A stretch of DNA of 64,000 nt. Origin: Takakia lepidozioides (Eukaryota > Plantae > Bryophyta). The notes under the pieces were generated by a model that was not told where the DNA came from, ran no database searches, and worked only from the letters and a program-made list of their open reading frames with translations. The DNA lies in NCBI GenBank assembly GCA_030704615.1, contig CM060731.1:17546001-17610000 (forward strand). The letters run 5' to 3'. This document shows, piece by piece, positions 36,587 through 48,514 of this stretch (position 1 is its first letter; the number at the start of each line of letters is the position of its first letter). The position numbers were made by a program, and so were the translations under genes.

Positions 36587-36914
36587 TGTCAAGTTATTTT
36601 ACCACTAGTGTGAAAACTAGCTAGGAATAGCTAGCTTTTACATATTGACATTTGGGATTGGCCCAAGTGTCAATCCAGGGGTCAAAGCAGATTTAGGCCC
36701 CTGGAGTGGTTATCTTCACGGCAAGCGCGGGAGCTCATCTTTCTCGAGTTGAGCCTCACCGCGCCTAGCTATGGCGCGTAGTGTGTGGATTCCCCATGGC
36801 GTGGGGTGCACTTGGCTTGACTTGTATTTGAGTGATGAGGTTATATATGCATGAGTTTATGCTTCAGCTTTGTGAGCTCGCATGAGCTTGTGCTTGTATT
36901 CTTCTTCTTTATCA
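36587..36914 (+). repeat. Repeat A1 (328 bp)
   Basis: TGTCAAGTTATTTTACCAC...CTTCTTTATCA, near-identical to 48705-49031. Preceded by a duplicate of its first 15 bp (36566-36580). Confidence 0.95.
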
Positions 36915-36932
36915 CTCGAGAAAGATCAGCTC
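36914..36932 (+). promoter_or_regulatory. Putative self-priming primer-binding site
   Basis: ACTCGAGAAAGATCAGCTC is the 18/19 reverse complement of 36731-36749 inside repeat A. No TGG-type tRNA PBS is present. Confidence 0.65.
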
Positions 36933-38446
36933 GTATCTATGAGTGCTAGATACGAGTTAGTTGTAGCACTTGTGGTTTTTGCTTGAGAATGAGAGAAACC
37001 AAGTTGTTATGCAAGGAGCACCATGGAGCTCTTGGTTGTTAGAAGCGGAGGCGATGTGGGTTACGAGGTGGTAGACCTTGGCATTCGATCTTCAGCTTCA
37101 GAGATGAAAGCACCATGCTGCAGGTAATTCCAGAGCACCTTGATGGTTTCAGATTGTGTACATGCATGAGCAAGCACGATTGGGAAGAGGACCAGTCAAG
37201 AGCAGGTTATAGTGGCTTTGGTGGCAAAAGCTGAGAACTGGACTTGGGAATGCGAGCTTTCATTGTGTGAAGGATTGCAAGACCAAGCGAAAGGCTGATT
37301 TGGCTTGGGGCAAATCAGTGCACTTTGTGGAGTATGGTGAGATTGGGTTTCAATCTCGAGCTTCAGCATTGAGAGGGCTCTTGTCATGGCAAGAGCAGGG
37401 CTGGAACAGGAGCTAAGAGGTGCGGCAAGGCCATGGAATGTGCACCTAGGGTTTCAGAGCTTGGAAGAAGAGCTCTTGCACCACAAGAGAAGTGTCTTGT
37501 GGCTGGAAATGTAAGCCTTAGGGTTTCAGGAGCTTGGCAAAGGCTGTGGAGTGCTTAGTCTTGTCTTAGAGAGCATCAAGGAGCCAAGGAGCCAAGATAG
37601 GGGGCTGATATCTCTTGTGTGAAGAGGTTGCATGTGTGGAATGTATTCAGCTCATTGAAGCTTCCATCTTCAAGCTTGGAGGGGCAAGCAAGGAAGAGGG
37701 AAGGGCTGACTTCCCTTATGTGAGGGCAATGTATGTGTGGAGCATGCTATCAGCCTGGTGAAGGCTTGCACTTTTAAGTGTGGGAGTGCAAGAAAGGAAG
37801 GAAGGGGCTGGTTTCCCTGTAGGGCATGTAGAGCATGCTTTCAGCCTGCTGAAGCTTGTATTATCAGGTTTGTGGTGCAAGAAATGAAGCAAAGGAGCTG
37901 ATTCTCTTATGGTGAGAGTGGGGCATGTGTGGAGCATGCCTTCAGCCCATTGAGGCTCTTGTTTTCAAGCCTTAGAGAGCTAGAACGGAAGGTCTAGGGC
38001 TGGTTTCCACTTGGAGTGAAAGAAAAGCACTTGTAGGGCCTATGTGAGTTGGGGTTTCAACTTCAAGCTTGAAGGAGCGCAACTCTTGAAGCAACAGGTG
38101 TAGAGGGCTGGAATAGGCTCTAAGACAGATGTTATGGCCAATGAGAGGTGCTTGAATGAGTGCTCACAAGGGCTGGGAACCAGCAGGGCTTGGTTGTTTG
38201 CCATTGAGTTTAGTGCGTGTTTGGGGAGGCTAAGTGAGAAAGAAGGCTTGGTTTGTGGCAACCACCTCATGGCTTAGGGCTACTATGGTGGTGTGTGGGA
38301 GCCGAAAGAGCAAGGAATACCTTGCTGATTTCCTCACAGCCACCATAGCTCGGTGGAAAGAAGCCTAGAGTCCAAGAGACACAAACCCTAGCTTGGCGTG
38401 GCTAAACCCCTTGGAGAAATGGCTAAACTGCCAGAGCGGCCATGTG

Positions 38447-40690
38447 TGGGGCTGTGACAGGCTGTGGGCAAGCTGTGACGGCTGTGGGCAAAGCTGTGAC
38501 AGGCTGTGATGGGCTGTGTCAGGCTGTGACAGGCTGTGCCTGTGGCCTTTGGGGCTGTGACGGGCTGTGCGGGCTGTGACAGGCTGTGCCCTGAGGCCTG
38601 TGGGGCTGTGACGGGCTGTGACAGGGGCTGTGCCAGTTGGCCTGTGAGGGCGCTGTGACGGGCTGTGTGACAGGCTGTGGATGGCTGTGATGGGCTTGTG
38701 ACAGGCTGTGCATGTGCCTGGTGGGGCTGTTGTGACGCTGTGACAGGCTGTGCCCAGTGGCCTTTGGGGCTGTGACGGGCTGTTGACAGGCTGTGCCTCA
38801 GGCCCTTTGGGGCTGTGACGGGCTGTGAGGGGCTGTGACAGGCTGTGCCCTGTGCCCTGTGGGGCTGTGACGGGCTGTGTCAGGCTGTGGCGAGCTGTGA
38901 CGGGCTGTGCCGGGGCTGTGACAAGCTGTGCCCTGAGGCCTGTGGGGCTGTGACGGGCTGTGACAGGCTGTGCCCATGGCCTTTGGGGCTGTGACGGGCT
39001 GTGACAGGCTGTGCCCAATGGCCTGTGGGGCTGTGACGGGCTGTGACGGCTGTGGCAAGCTGTGACAGGCTGTGATGGCTGTGATGGGCTGTGACAGGCT
39101 GTGCCCTGTGCCCTGTGGGGCTGTGACGGGCTGTGTCAGGCGTGACAGGCTGTGCCCAGTGGCCTTTGGGGCTGTGACGGGCTGTGACAGGCGTGCCGAG
39201 GCCTTTGGGGCTGTGACGGGCTGTGACACCGTGCTGAGGCCTTTGGGGCTGTGACGGCTGTGAGGGGCTGTGACAGGCTGTGCCCTGTGCCCTGTGGGGC
39301 TGTGACGGGCTGTGTCAGGCTGTGGCGAGCTGTGACGGGCTGTGACGGGCTGTGCCCAGTGGGCCTGTGGGGCTGTGCACGGCTGTGACAGGCTGACGCT
39401 GGCCTGTGACTGTGGCTGTGGTGTGAGACGGCGCTGTGATGTGTGGCTGTTGCTGTACTGTGTGTGGCATGACAGGCTGTGTTTTTGTGCTGGTGACCCA
39501 ACTGTGTGACAGGCTGTTCCTTGAGTTTGCCATTTTGTGTGTGTGTGACTGTGTGTGACGGGCGGCTGTGACAATGCTGTGGCGCTGTGCCCTTGTATGG
39601 CTGTGATGGGCTGTGACAGGCTGTGCCCTGTGCCCTGTGGGGCTGTGACGGGCTGTGTCAGGCTGTGACAGGCTGTGCCCAGTGGCCTTTGGGGCTGTGA
39701 CGGGCTGTGGCGGGCTGTGACAGGCTGTGCCCTGAGGCCTATGGGGCTGTGATGGGCTGTGACGGCTGTGGCGAGCTGTGACAGGCTGTGCCCATGGCCT
39801 TTGGGCTGTGACGGGCTGTGAGGGGCTGTGACAGGCCGTGCTGAGGCCTTTGAGGCTGTGACGGGCTGTGAGGGCTGTGACAGGCCGTGCCCATGGCCTT
39901 TGGGCTGTGACGGGCTGTGAGGGGCTGTGACAGGCCGTGCCTGGGCCTTTGGGCTGTGACGGGCTGTGAGGGGCTGTGACAGGCCGTGCCCATGGCCTTT
40001 GGGGCTGTGACGGGCTGTGAGGGGCTGTGACAGGCCGTGCCTGAGGCCTTTGAGGCTGTGGGGGCTATGAGGGGCTGTGACAGGCCGTGCCCTAGCCTTT
40101 GAGGCTGTGACGGGCTGTGATGGGCTGTGGGGGCCAAGCTGTGACAGCTGTGATGGGCTGTGATGGCTGTGACAGGCTGTGCCTGTGCCCTGTGAGGCTG
40201 TGACGGGCTGTGACGGGCTGTGACGGGCTGTGACAGGCCGTGGCCATGGCCTTTGGGGCTGTGACGGCTGTGACAGGCCGTGCCTGAGGCCTTTGAGGCT
40301 GTGACGGGCTGTGAGGGGCTGTGACAGGCCGTGCCCATGGCCTTGGGGCTGTGACGGGCTGTGAGGGGCTGTGACAGGCCGTGCCCATGGCCTTTGGGGC
40401 TGTGACGGGCTGTGACGGGCTGTGACAGGCCGTGCCTGAGGCCTTTGAGGCTGTGACGGGCTGTGAGGGGCTGTGACAGGCCGTGCCCATGGCCTTTTGG
40501 GGCTTGTGACGGGCTGTGAGGGGCTGTGACAGGCCCGCCTGAGGCCTTTTGGGGCTGTGACGGGCTGTGAGGGGCTGTGACAGGCTGTGCCTGAGGCCTG
40601 TGACGAGGCTGTGAGGGAGCTGTGAGGGGCTGTGACAGGCTGTGCCCAGTGGCCTGTGGGACTGTGACGGCTGTGACCAGTGAGCTGTGT
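38447..40690. repeat. About 2.2-kb minisatellite of a 10-bp unit (GGGCTGTGAC) with higher-order structure, in the Gypsy 5' leader
   Basis: Direct observation. Variants GACGGG/GATGGG/GACAGG/GAGGGG, punctuated by GCCC..GGCCTTTG spacers. Confidence 0.97.
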
Positions 40691-40965
40691 GGGCCTGTGC
40701 TGGTCTGTGGTGGCCCGTGTTGACCTGTGGATGGCCTGTGCTGACTCGTGGAGGCACTGGTGGACTAAGGACTGGCATGTGGTCTGGAAGGCCGAATTTT
40801 GAAGCTCGTGGAGGGCGGTTTGAGGAGTATCTTCATGATATTCCCATGGTCATGCCAGTTCAGGTGTAGGCTATGTTAGGAACTTAGTATTCCAAACCAT
40901 AAGCCGCAACAGGTTCTCTACTCGGTTACCTTGTGGAGAGGGGTTAGGGACATGTTCATGACCGG

Positions 40966-42500
40966 GTGAGTGTCAACACGGAGGTGCCACTAGTTGCTGG
41001 GGACAGTGCCGGTTCGAGCACTAGCGATACTAGTGGGTACATGAGACGAGGTGTGCGGTTTAGGCCACCTTCACCTCCTGTGTCTTCCACGGAAGGTTCT
41101 GATTCGGATTGTGAATCAGGAGGCTCATACCGGCGGTTTGCAAGTTGTTTCTTTGCCATTGTTGTGGGACACAATGGAGGAGATGTATGAGCTACCAAGG
41201 GGACCACGAAGGTACTCTGGGGCGGTGGGCACCATTGAGTTGGATGATTTTATCCAAGAGTTTGATAGTTGGTGTGATTTGCAGCAAATGCGCAATCCAC
41301 AACTATTTACGCCGTTCATGGCATGGAAAGGGCTGTTTCAGCACCTTGAGGGGCCGCCTATGGATGATTACCATGAGTTCAGGCGGGGGCATGAGGTTGA
41401 GATCGAGGAGTGGAGGATGTACTGGTCACCCGACTATGTCTCCATCACTAGGGGCACTAGAGCCACGAGGGCAGTGGCTACACCTGCCGCTGCACCGGCA
41501 GCTTCAGCAAGCAGCAGTGGGACTGGTGGCTACAGTAGCTACGACGTCCACCCAAGCCACTACCGCCACCAGCACTAGCACCCGTGCCTGCCTTCAACCC
41601 TGTTGTGGAGTTCTTCGAAGAGTTGAGAGGGGAACTACCAAGGGGTGAGGACAGAGAAGTTGCGGAGCTTGCAAGAGTTCCAACGGAAGACGACGAGAGC
41701 TTGAGGGAGGCTTTCACTCGCATGAGGCGCTTGATAAATGTAACCCAAGGGGTTACGGAAGCTCAGGCAGTCCAATTCTGGTATGGGATATTGGACAAGG
41801 AGCTGAGGAGAAGGGTGCGGGATGCAACTCTCCTACAAGCGGCCCAACCCACCTTAGCAAATGTGTTTTTGCTGGCAGAGCGGATAGAGCTCAACATGGT
41901 GGAGGAACGAGTGGTCATGGTGGGATTTGCTAAGGAGACACCAAGGGGTAGTGGTGCTCCTAGCCAACCACCACCTCAACGTGCTCAAGGCAACAAGGGG
42001 GCTCAGGTGAAGCTCAGGGGAAGGGCAGAGAGGACCTCAGATGCAGGGGTCTCTCCCTTCATTTGCTGGCCAACAACGGGCGGATGTGGTGTGCTGGACA
42101 TGTGGAGGACCCCATGTCAAGAAGGATTGTCCAGAGGGAGGCAAAGGGCCGGCACATGCACAGCCTGCACAGTTACAGTGTGGGCATTGTGGCAAACACG
42201 GGCATGGAGAGGCTCAGTGTTATGGTTTGCATCCTGAGTTGCGCCCAGGCCAGTTCCAAGGGAACAATGGTGGCCGGGGGCGAGGTGGAGCAGCCCAGAG
42301 GGACGAGGTGCCAGCCACGAGGTGCAGGCCAAGGGCAAGCTCAACGTGGCCAAGGACGCGGAGGTCAGGGTGTTGACCAAGGCATGGCCAACCGGCTTCA
42401 GCAGCTAGAGCAGAGGCTCGCTGCCATGGCTACAGCTCAGGTGGTACCGGCTCTAAGGCCGGATGGTCCACTCCTGCTCCTGAGGGAGGAGATATGGGAG
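40966..42500 (+). CDS. Gag of the DNMT-Gypsy (frameshifted)
   Basis: DDFIQEFDSWC..WKGLFQHL, ESLREAFTRMRRL..FWYGILD, and two zinc knuckles (CWTCGGPHVKKDC, CGHCGKHGHGEAQC). Start uncertain. Confidence 0.8.
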
Positions 42501-43079
42501 GCATGGGATTCATGTGTGGAGCAGCACTACCACTAGTGCAGGTGGAGTCTGCTGCTGCAGCCGTGACTCGAGGAGCAGCACGAGTTCCTGAGCCACGAGG
42601 TGCAGAGGTGGAGTTGGATCCACAGCGTGGGGAGGCAAGCCGTCAGGCTAGGCTTCCTCAGTCATTCACATTGGCGGAGACAGTGTCGACGCCATCCATG
42701 GCACCTAGTTCTCGCCCGACTGTTACCGAGGCGGAGGTTACTATGCATTGGGGAGAGCTACACGGGTAGCACCACTACCTAGTGTTGCCAAGGCTACGGC
42801 AGCTAGTGTGCTGCTAGGAGCGGCCACATCTGTGTGCCAGGCTCCATTGTTCTCGGCTACCATGATTGCGACGCCGGGGGTAAGACCAGCTGAGGTGTTC
42901 AGGCTGGCAGCTACACTCTGTGAGAGTGGGGAGGTTACTTCATCTTCTGCGGAGATAGTAGGAGGTGTAGTGCCGGAGGGATCCTCGGATTTGAGGGTTA
43001 AGACTGCCACGGCGGCGCCATGGCAAGCTGCAGCTGCCAGGTTGATGGAGCTGCCAGCTAGGCCAGCCATTGAGCGCGC

Positions 43080-43530
43080 CATGGTGACACCTGGAGTTGT
43101 CATGTTAGACAACCAGGATGGCATTTTCTGTTTGAGTGGACCGGCAGGCAAGAGGTACCGGCCACTGCGGGTCTTGTTGGACTCGGGAGCTCAGCCATTG
43201 ATGCTGGGCAGAGCTGCTATTGCAGGCTTGGGCCTCACGGAGGCGGATATGGAGCCTTGTCCTTTCCAGATACAGACGTCTCTGGGAGGATCGGAGCAGG
43301 CTCGGGGCATGACACGGCGTGAGTTGGCTATCAGACTACGGCCGGATCACCCTACAGATGGCTCAGTGATGCGAGCCAAGGCCATTGTGACAGACGCAGT
43401 CTTACGATGTCCTGGTTGGTGGGGCAGTGTTGTACCCCATGGGCTTCACCCTGGATTTTTGGGAGGAGTCAGCTTCCTATAGGCCTGCATGGCAGTCAGG
43501 GGAGGGCCGGCGTGTGCAGCTCCCTGTGAC
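43080..43530 (+). CDS. Aspartic protease domain of the DNMT-Gypsy
   Basis: RVLLDSGAQPLMLG at ~43168; YDVLVGGAVLYPMG flap-like motif after a frameshift. Confidence 0.85.
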
Positions 43531-43884
43531 GTTCATAGGAGGAGTTGCGGTTGCCCAGCGAGGCAAGATGCCGACACTAGCAGCATTCACAACGGCAGTG
43601 AGTTGGCCTAGAGAGTTGCTTGAGGGCAATGCTCATTCAGAGGATGTACCACCTCCGGGAGAGCAGGATGACATGTATGGTATGGCGGAGTTGCCTACCA
43701 TGGTTGCTCAGACTCCATTGTGGGGGCACGAGCAAGGATTTGCAGCGGGATGCTGATCGACGGGTGCAACAAGCCTGGGTGGAGGCTTTTGTACCGTCAG
43801 GAGAGGAGGAGAGTGTGGGGATTGCACCAGGACCACCTCAATTGTCTCCATTGGACACCACACCTATTGTGTGGCAGTATCCGG

Positions 43885-44820
43885 ATGAAGGCATTTGTCT
43901 TCTGGACTTGTTTGGCGGATCAGCACCGGATTGGCTGCTGTGTTACAGGCAGGTGTACGAGTTCGGCGTTACCTGTATGTGGAGAGGGATGAGACTGCAC
44001 GACGCGTTTCACTTCGCCATGTTGCTCAGTTGGTTTGCAGCGGTACCCTGAGTTGTTGTCGGTGTCTGCAATTTGTGGATATCAGCAGGCCTTGCCAGCA
44101 GACATTTCGTTGCTGGGGGCGCAGGATTTGGAGCGGGTTGGCTCCATTGATCTGGTAGTGGCAGGTTGGCCCTGCCAAGGGCATTCATCAGCCGGGCATG
44201 GCAATGGATTGCGAGACTCGAGGTCGGGTCTGTTTTGGGAGATGGTGCGGGTTTTGCGCCACTTGCAGCTTCATCAAGCTGTATCTCCAGCATACATCTT
44301 GGAGAATGTGCCACTGATGGGCGATTCTCGGGCCAGGGTGATGGCCAGTGTGCATCAAGTCCGGTCGTGGCTTGGGTCAGCAGTGTTGCTAGATGCAGCT
44401 ACAGTGGGGTCACGGGCTCATCGTCCACGGCTATGGTGGACTAACATGATGCCACCCGCACTGCTCAAGCGTGCATTTGATGGGGTGCAGCGGCCAGCAC
44501 ATCTCACAGTGGATAACATTCTGGACACAGGGAGGCAGTCTCAACGTGTGAGACACGATGACCGTTCGCCTTTGGCAGTGGTCAACAAGGTGGGTCAACC
44601 ACGAGCAGCATTACCTACACTGCTCAGCTTCCCAGGATCGCATGCTTTCCGGGATAGTGGACCTGGCCTCCTGTGGGATGCTCAGTTGCAGCAGTTAGTG
44701 GAGCCTAATGCTGACGAGCGTGAGCGGGCAATGGGTTTTAACCACTGGTACCACGGCGGTGTCGTCTGAGGCATGTCACAAGCAATGGATCTCAATTGCT
44801 TGACCTGGATTATCAGCTTG
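43885..44820 (+). CDS. DNMT3-like C5 cytosine DNA methyltransferase domain within the polyprotein
   Basis: Motif I LDLFGG(I)STG (43902), II YVERD, III ADI, IV GWPCQGHS (Cys 44173-44175), VI ILENV (44302), VIII AHRPRLWWTN, IX ERERAMGF, X QAMD. Small frameshifts and a short deletion before motif X. Confidence 0.9.
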
Positions 44821-45279
44821 GCTCTAGCTGAGCAACGCAGAGTGCGGAATACACTTCCCTCAATGGTCTCTCTGCCTACCGAGACGGTACAGGCAGTGAG
44901 TGGGGGCGAGCATATGAGGACCACGGGGTGCATGCATCCATGGCACACGTGGGAGGTGCTCGAGGTTCAGAGGGAGTTGGCAGCCAAGGCGGCTGTGATG
45001 GATGAGGTTGGGGATTCTTCTCGGGTTGAGGAGGTCCTCAAGGATGAGATGATGGGGCAGGATGAGGCCTTGTCATTGACTGAGCAGGTAGGGAGTACTG
45101 CTCAAGAGGTTGCAGCATAGCAACCACGGGACGCGTCCTCTACCTCTAAGCCCACTGGACTTAAGGTTGTAGTTACGGAGGACAATTGGGAGCCTGACAT
45201 TGGACCCATTGTCACCGGAGGAGAGAGACGACGTATACGGCGGTTCCTGAGGGCTTACAGGAATTGCTTTGCCTTCAGT

Positions 45280-48254
45280 TTGAAGGACTTGGGAGCACTG
45301 AAGGGTCAAGAGATCCGTATTGAGTTGGCCACTGACACGCCAATCTTTCGGAGACCCTATAGATACAGTGACATGGAGAGGTCTTTGATTCAGATGAGGA
45401 CTCAAGATCTCTGGGAGGCAGGTTTGGTGGAGCTCTCTGGTGGAGAGTATGCTTCAGCCACAGTGATGCCAGCCAAGAAGGATGTCTATGGCAATTGGAC
45501 GGAGAGACGTATGTGCGGTGATTACCGGCCTGTAAATCGTCAGACCAAGTCCGATAAGTATGCCATGCCAACACCAGAGGAGATCTTTGATGCCATCGGG
45601 CATACTAAGGCCTTTAGCACTTTGGATTTACGATCCGGATATCACCAGTTGCCAATCAAGGAGGCGGACAAGCAGAAGACGGCATTCTGGGGGATCAATG
45701 AGCACGGCAAGGATTGCCTATATCAGTGGCGGTTCTTACCATTTGGGCTTAAGAATGCTCCTGCAGAGTTTCAGAGAGTCATGGATAGGATTCTAGCAGG
45801 GGTGGACTTTGCTCGGTGCTACATAGATGACATCATCATCTTTAGTGTTACGATGGAGGAGCATGAGAGACACCTTCAGGTGGTATTGGAGCGCTTGAGA
45901 GCGCACGGATTGAAGTTGCATCCGGGGAAGTGCAAGTTTTTCCACGACCAGATTGAGTATCTGGGTCACATGATATATCCTGGAGGATTGGGGGTACAGC
46001 AGACTAAGGTAGAGGCCATTGCACAAATTCCACGCCCCACGGATGTGAGCCGAGTTCGAGCTTTCATGGGGTTGGCAAACTATTATAGACGGTTTGTCAA
46101 GGGATTTAGTACCATTGCAAAGGCTCTAACCAAGCTGACCAAGGTGGACCAGGAGTGGCAGTGGGAAGATGAGCAGGAACGAGCTTTTCAAGAGCTCAAG
46201 GCGAGGTTGACCTCGGCGCCTATCTTGAGACGACCTATCAGGGGGCGTCCTTTCAGCTGCATACGGATTGGAGCATGCTGGGGCTTGGAGCGGTGCTCAC
46301 ACAGGTGGATGATGAGGGAAGAGAGTTCGTAGTGGCTTACGCTAGCCGCTCGAACAACGCTGCAGAGGCTAAGTACAGCTCATATGAGGGAGAGTGCTTA
46401 GCTGCAGTGTGGGCCGTGGCACACTTCAGGTGCTATCTATACGGCAATCTTTTCACCCTTGTCACGGATCACCAGCCACTCAAGTGGTTGATGGAGTCAG
46501 ACAAGCTTACGGGGAAGCTTGCACGGTGGGCACTTATACTCCAGGAGTATGACTTTCAGGTTGTGCATCGACCGGGTTTGGTCAATCGGGATGCGGATGG
46601 ATTGAGTCGCAATCCATGCATGAGCCAGCAGGATGACACTGGAGCTCGGTGGCATGGTGAGACGGACGAGGAGATGGTGCCGGGATGGCACGCATCTGCA
46701 TTTTTGTGTATCTTGGCATCGGGAGGTCAGATTGGACCTACAACAGGGATGACTGTAGACGGAGTGTCTGAGGACCCTGAGGCTAGTGATGAGCTAGGTG
46801 GTGCCAGAGATATACATGAGGATTCGGCTGTGTTGGACTACCTCCGCACGGGAGACACGGCAGCCATTGTGACTGCCAGGGAGAGGGATCGGATCCTGCA
46901 ACGAGCCAAGAGGTTCAAGTGGGAGGGGATACACCTACTTCGAGTGTGGGAGGATGGTCGGGTGAGGATTGTGCCTCACCCCACACAGCGTGCACGGTTA
47001 GTGCGGCATGCCCATGAGGAGTTGGGGCATTTTGGAGTGCGACGCACTCACAGTTTACTGCAGGGGCAGTATTGGTGGCGTGGTATGCATACAGAGGTGC
47101 AACAGTTTGTGGCTAGGTGCATGGTGTGTGACAGGGTGCGTGCTTCATTCAACGCCCCTACACCACAGTTGCATCCTTTACCTATCATGGGATTGGGCTA
47201 CAGGTGGAGTCTTGACTTCGCAGGACCGTTGCCATTGACTATGCGCCACCACAGATATGTGTTGGTGATGGTGGAGCACTTCTCCAAGTGGATTGAGTTG
47301 GTTCCATTGCCTGACAAGGCTAGTGAGGAGGCTGCGTATGCATTCTTGGATCGTGTGCTTAGCCGATTTGGTGCTCCAGCTGAGGTACTCACGGACCAAG
47401 GGAGAGAGTTCTTGGGGGAGTTTCAGGCTTTGTGTGATAAAGCCTTGATCGACCACCGCACCACTTCTCGGGATCATCCTGAGGCCGATGGCTTAGCAGA
47501 TAGAGTTGTTCAGACGGTGAAGAGGGGTTTGCGCAAGTATGGCTTGCAGAAGGGACACCTAGGAGATTGGGATCTTCAGGTTCCTTGGTTAGCCATGGGC
47601 TACAGGTTCAGCAAACAAGCATCACTTGCCTCCTTCTCACCATATTTCCTTCTCTTTGGCCGAGAGCCGGATTTGCCTGCAGCCATTCGTAGGGACACTG
47701 CTCAAGTCCTTAACCTTGACGATCCGGACGTGTGGGTACGTGCATGTGATCAGCGTGCAGAGTTGTTCAAGAAAGTCATGCCCATGGCTTTTGAGAACCT
47801 TGCCATTGCACAGCACCGTGATACGTTGAGGTATGCCACTATACGTGGTGGAGGATATCGTCCTGGGGTTCGGAGGTTTAGCCCTGGTGACTATGTTTAT
47901 TTGCAGCAGACTGCTCCTACGACTCTGGATGTTACTGCAGGGCGTGTTATTCTGAGGGTTCGAGAGGTATTGCCCTCAGGGGTCCTGATCTTGGAGGGTC
48001 GGGATGGCATGACTTGGAAGGACCATGTGCGTAATTGTGCGCCATGTCACCTTCCCAATGTCGATGGCAGAGTTGACCCAAACTTGGCAGTGGTACCTGC
48101 AAGTTTGAGGTGCATGCTCTGTGGGTCTGCCAAAGGGGCAGCCACCATGCTGGTGTGTGATCGATGCTCAAGGGGTTGGCATATGGGATGCTTGACACCA
48201 CCTCTTGAGAAGGTTCCTGACGGAGATTGGTTGTGTCCACACTGCTTGGGATAG
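45280..48254 (+). CDS. Pol: RT, RNase H, integrase, C-terminal PHD finger (one frameshift near 46255)
   Basis: RMCGDYRPVN, LDLRSGYHQ, PFGLKNAP, YIDD; YASRS..ECLAAVWA..TDHQPL; HHCC (HEELGH..CMVC); LDFAGP, TDQGREF, GLADR; C4HC3 PHD CMLC..CDRC..HMGC..WLCPHC. Confidence 0.95.
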
Positions 48255-48503
48255 TGGCAGTGGACATGACTGGAGGCAGCTAACAAGACATGGGAGGCCA
48301 AGCTCATAGGAGTCAATACATGAGATCCCAAGCTCAAGTTCACAGGTTGCAAGACGGCGACTAACGATGGGGCAACTCTTGCACCCGGCCTCTTGATCTA
48401 TCGAGTTTGAGTGTAGTAGGGATAGTGGTGGAGGACTTAGTGAGGCTATGGTCACTATCACATCTTGTGGCTACCTGGACTTAGAGGGACCTAAGCACCA
48501 GCT

Positions 48504-48514
48504 AGGGGGGCGAT
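48504..48514 (+). promoter_or_regulatory. Polypurine tract
   Basis: AGGGGGGCGAT immediately before the TG that starts repeat B1. Confidence 0.75.

Noticed and set aside
38447-40690. CRISPR-like array
   Set aside because: No unique spacers, no cas genes, eukaryotic context; it is a degenerate tandem repeat.
38365-40778. Long minus-strand ORFs rich in TARHSPSQP
   Set aside because: By-products of the stop-poor 10-bp minisatellite; open in several frames with no domain.
43885-44820. Bacterial restriction-modification methylase or contamination
   Set aside because: Embedded in a retrotransposon polyprotein nested in plant TEs; no partner endonuclease or operon context.
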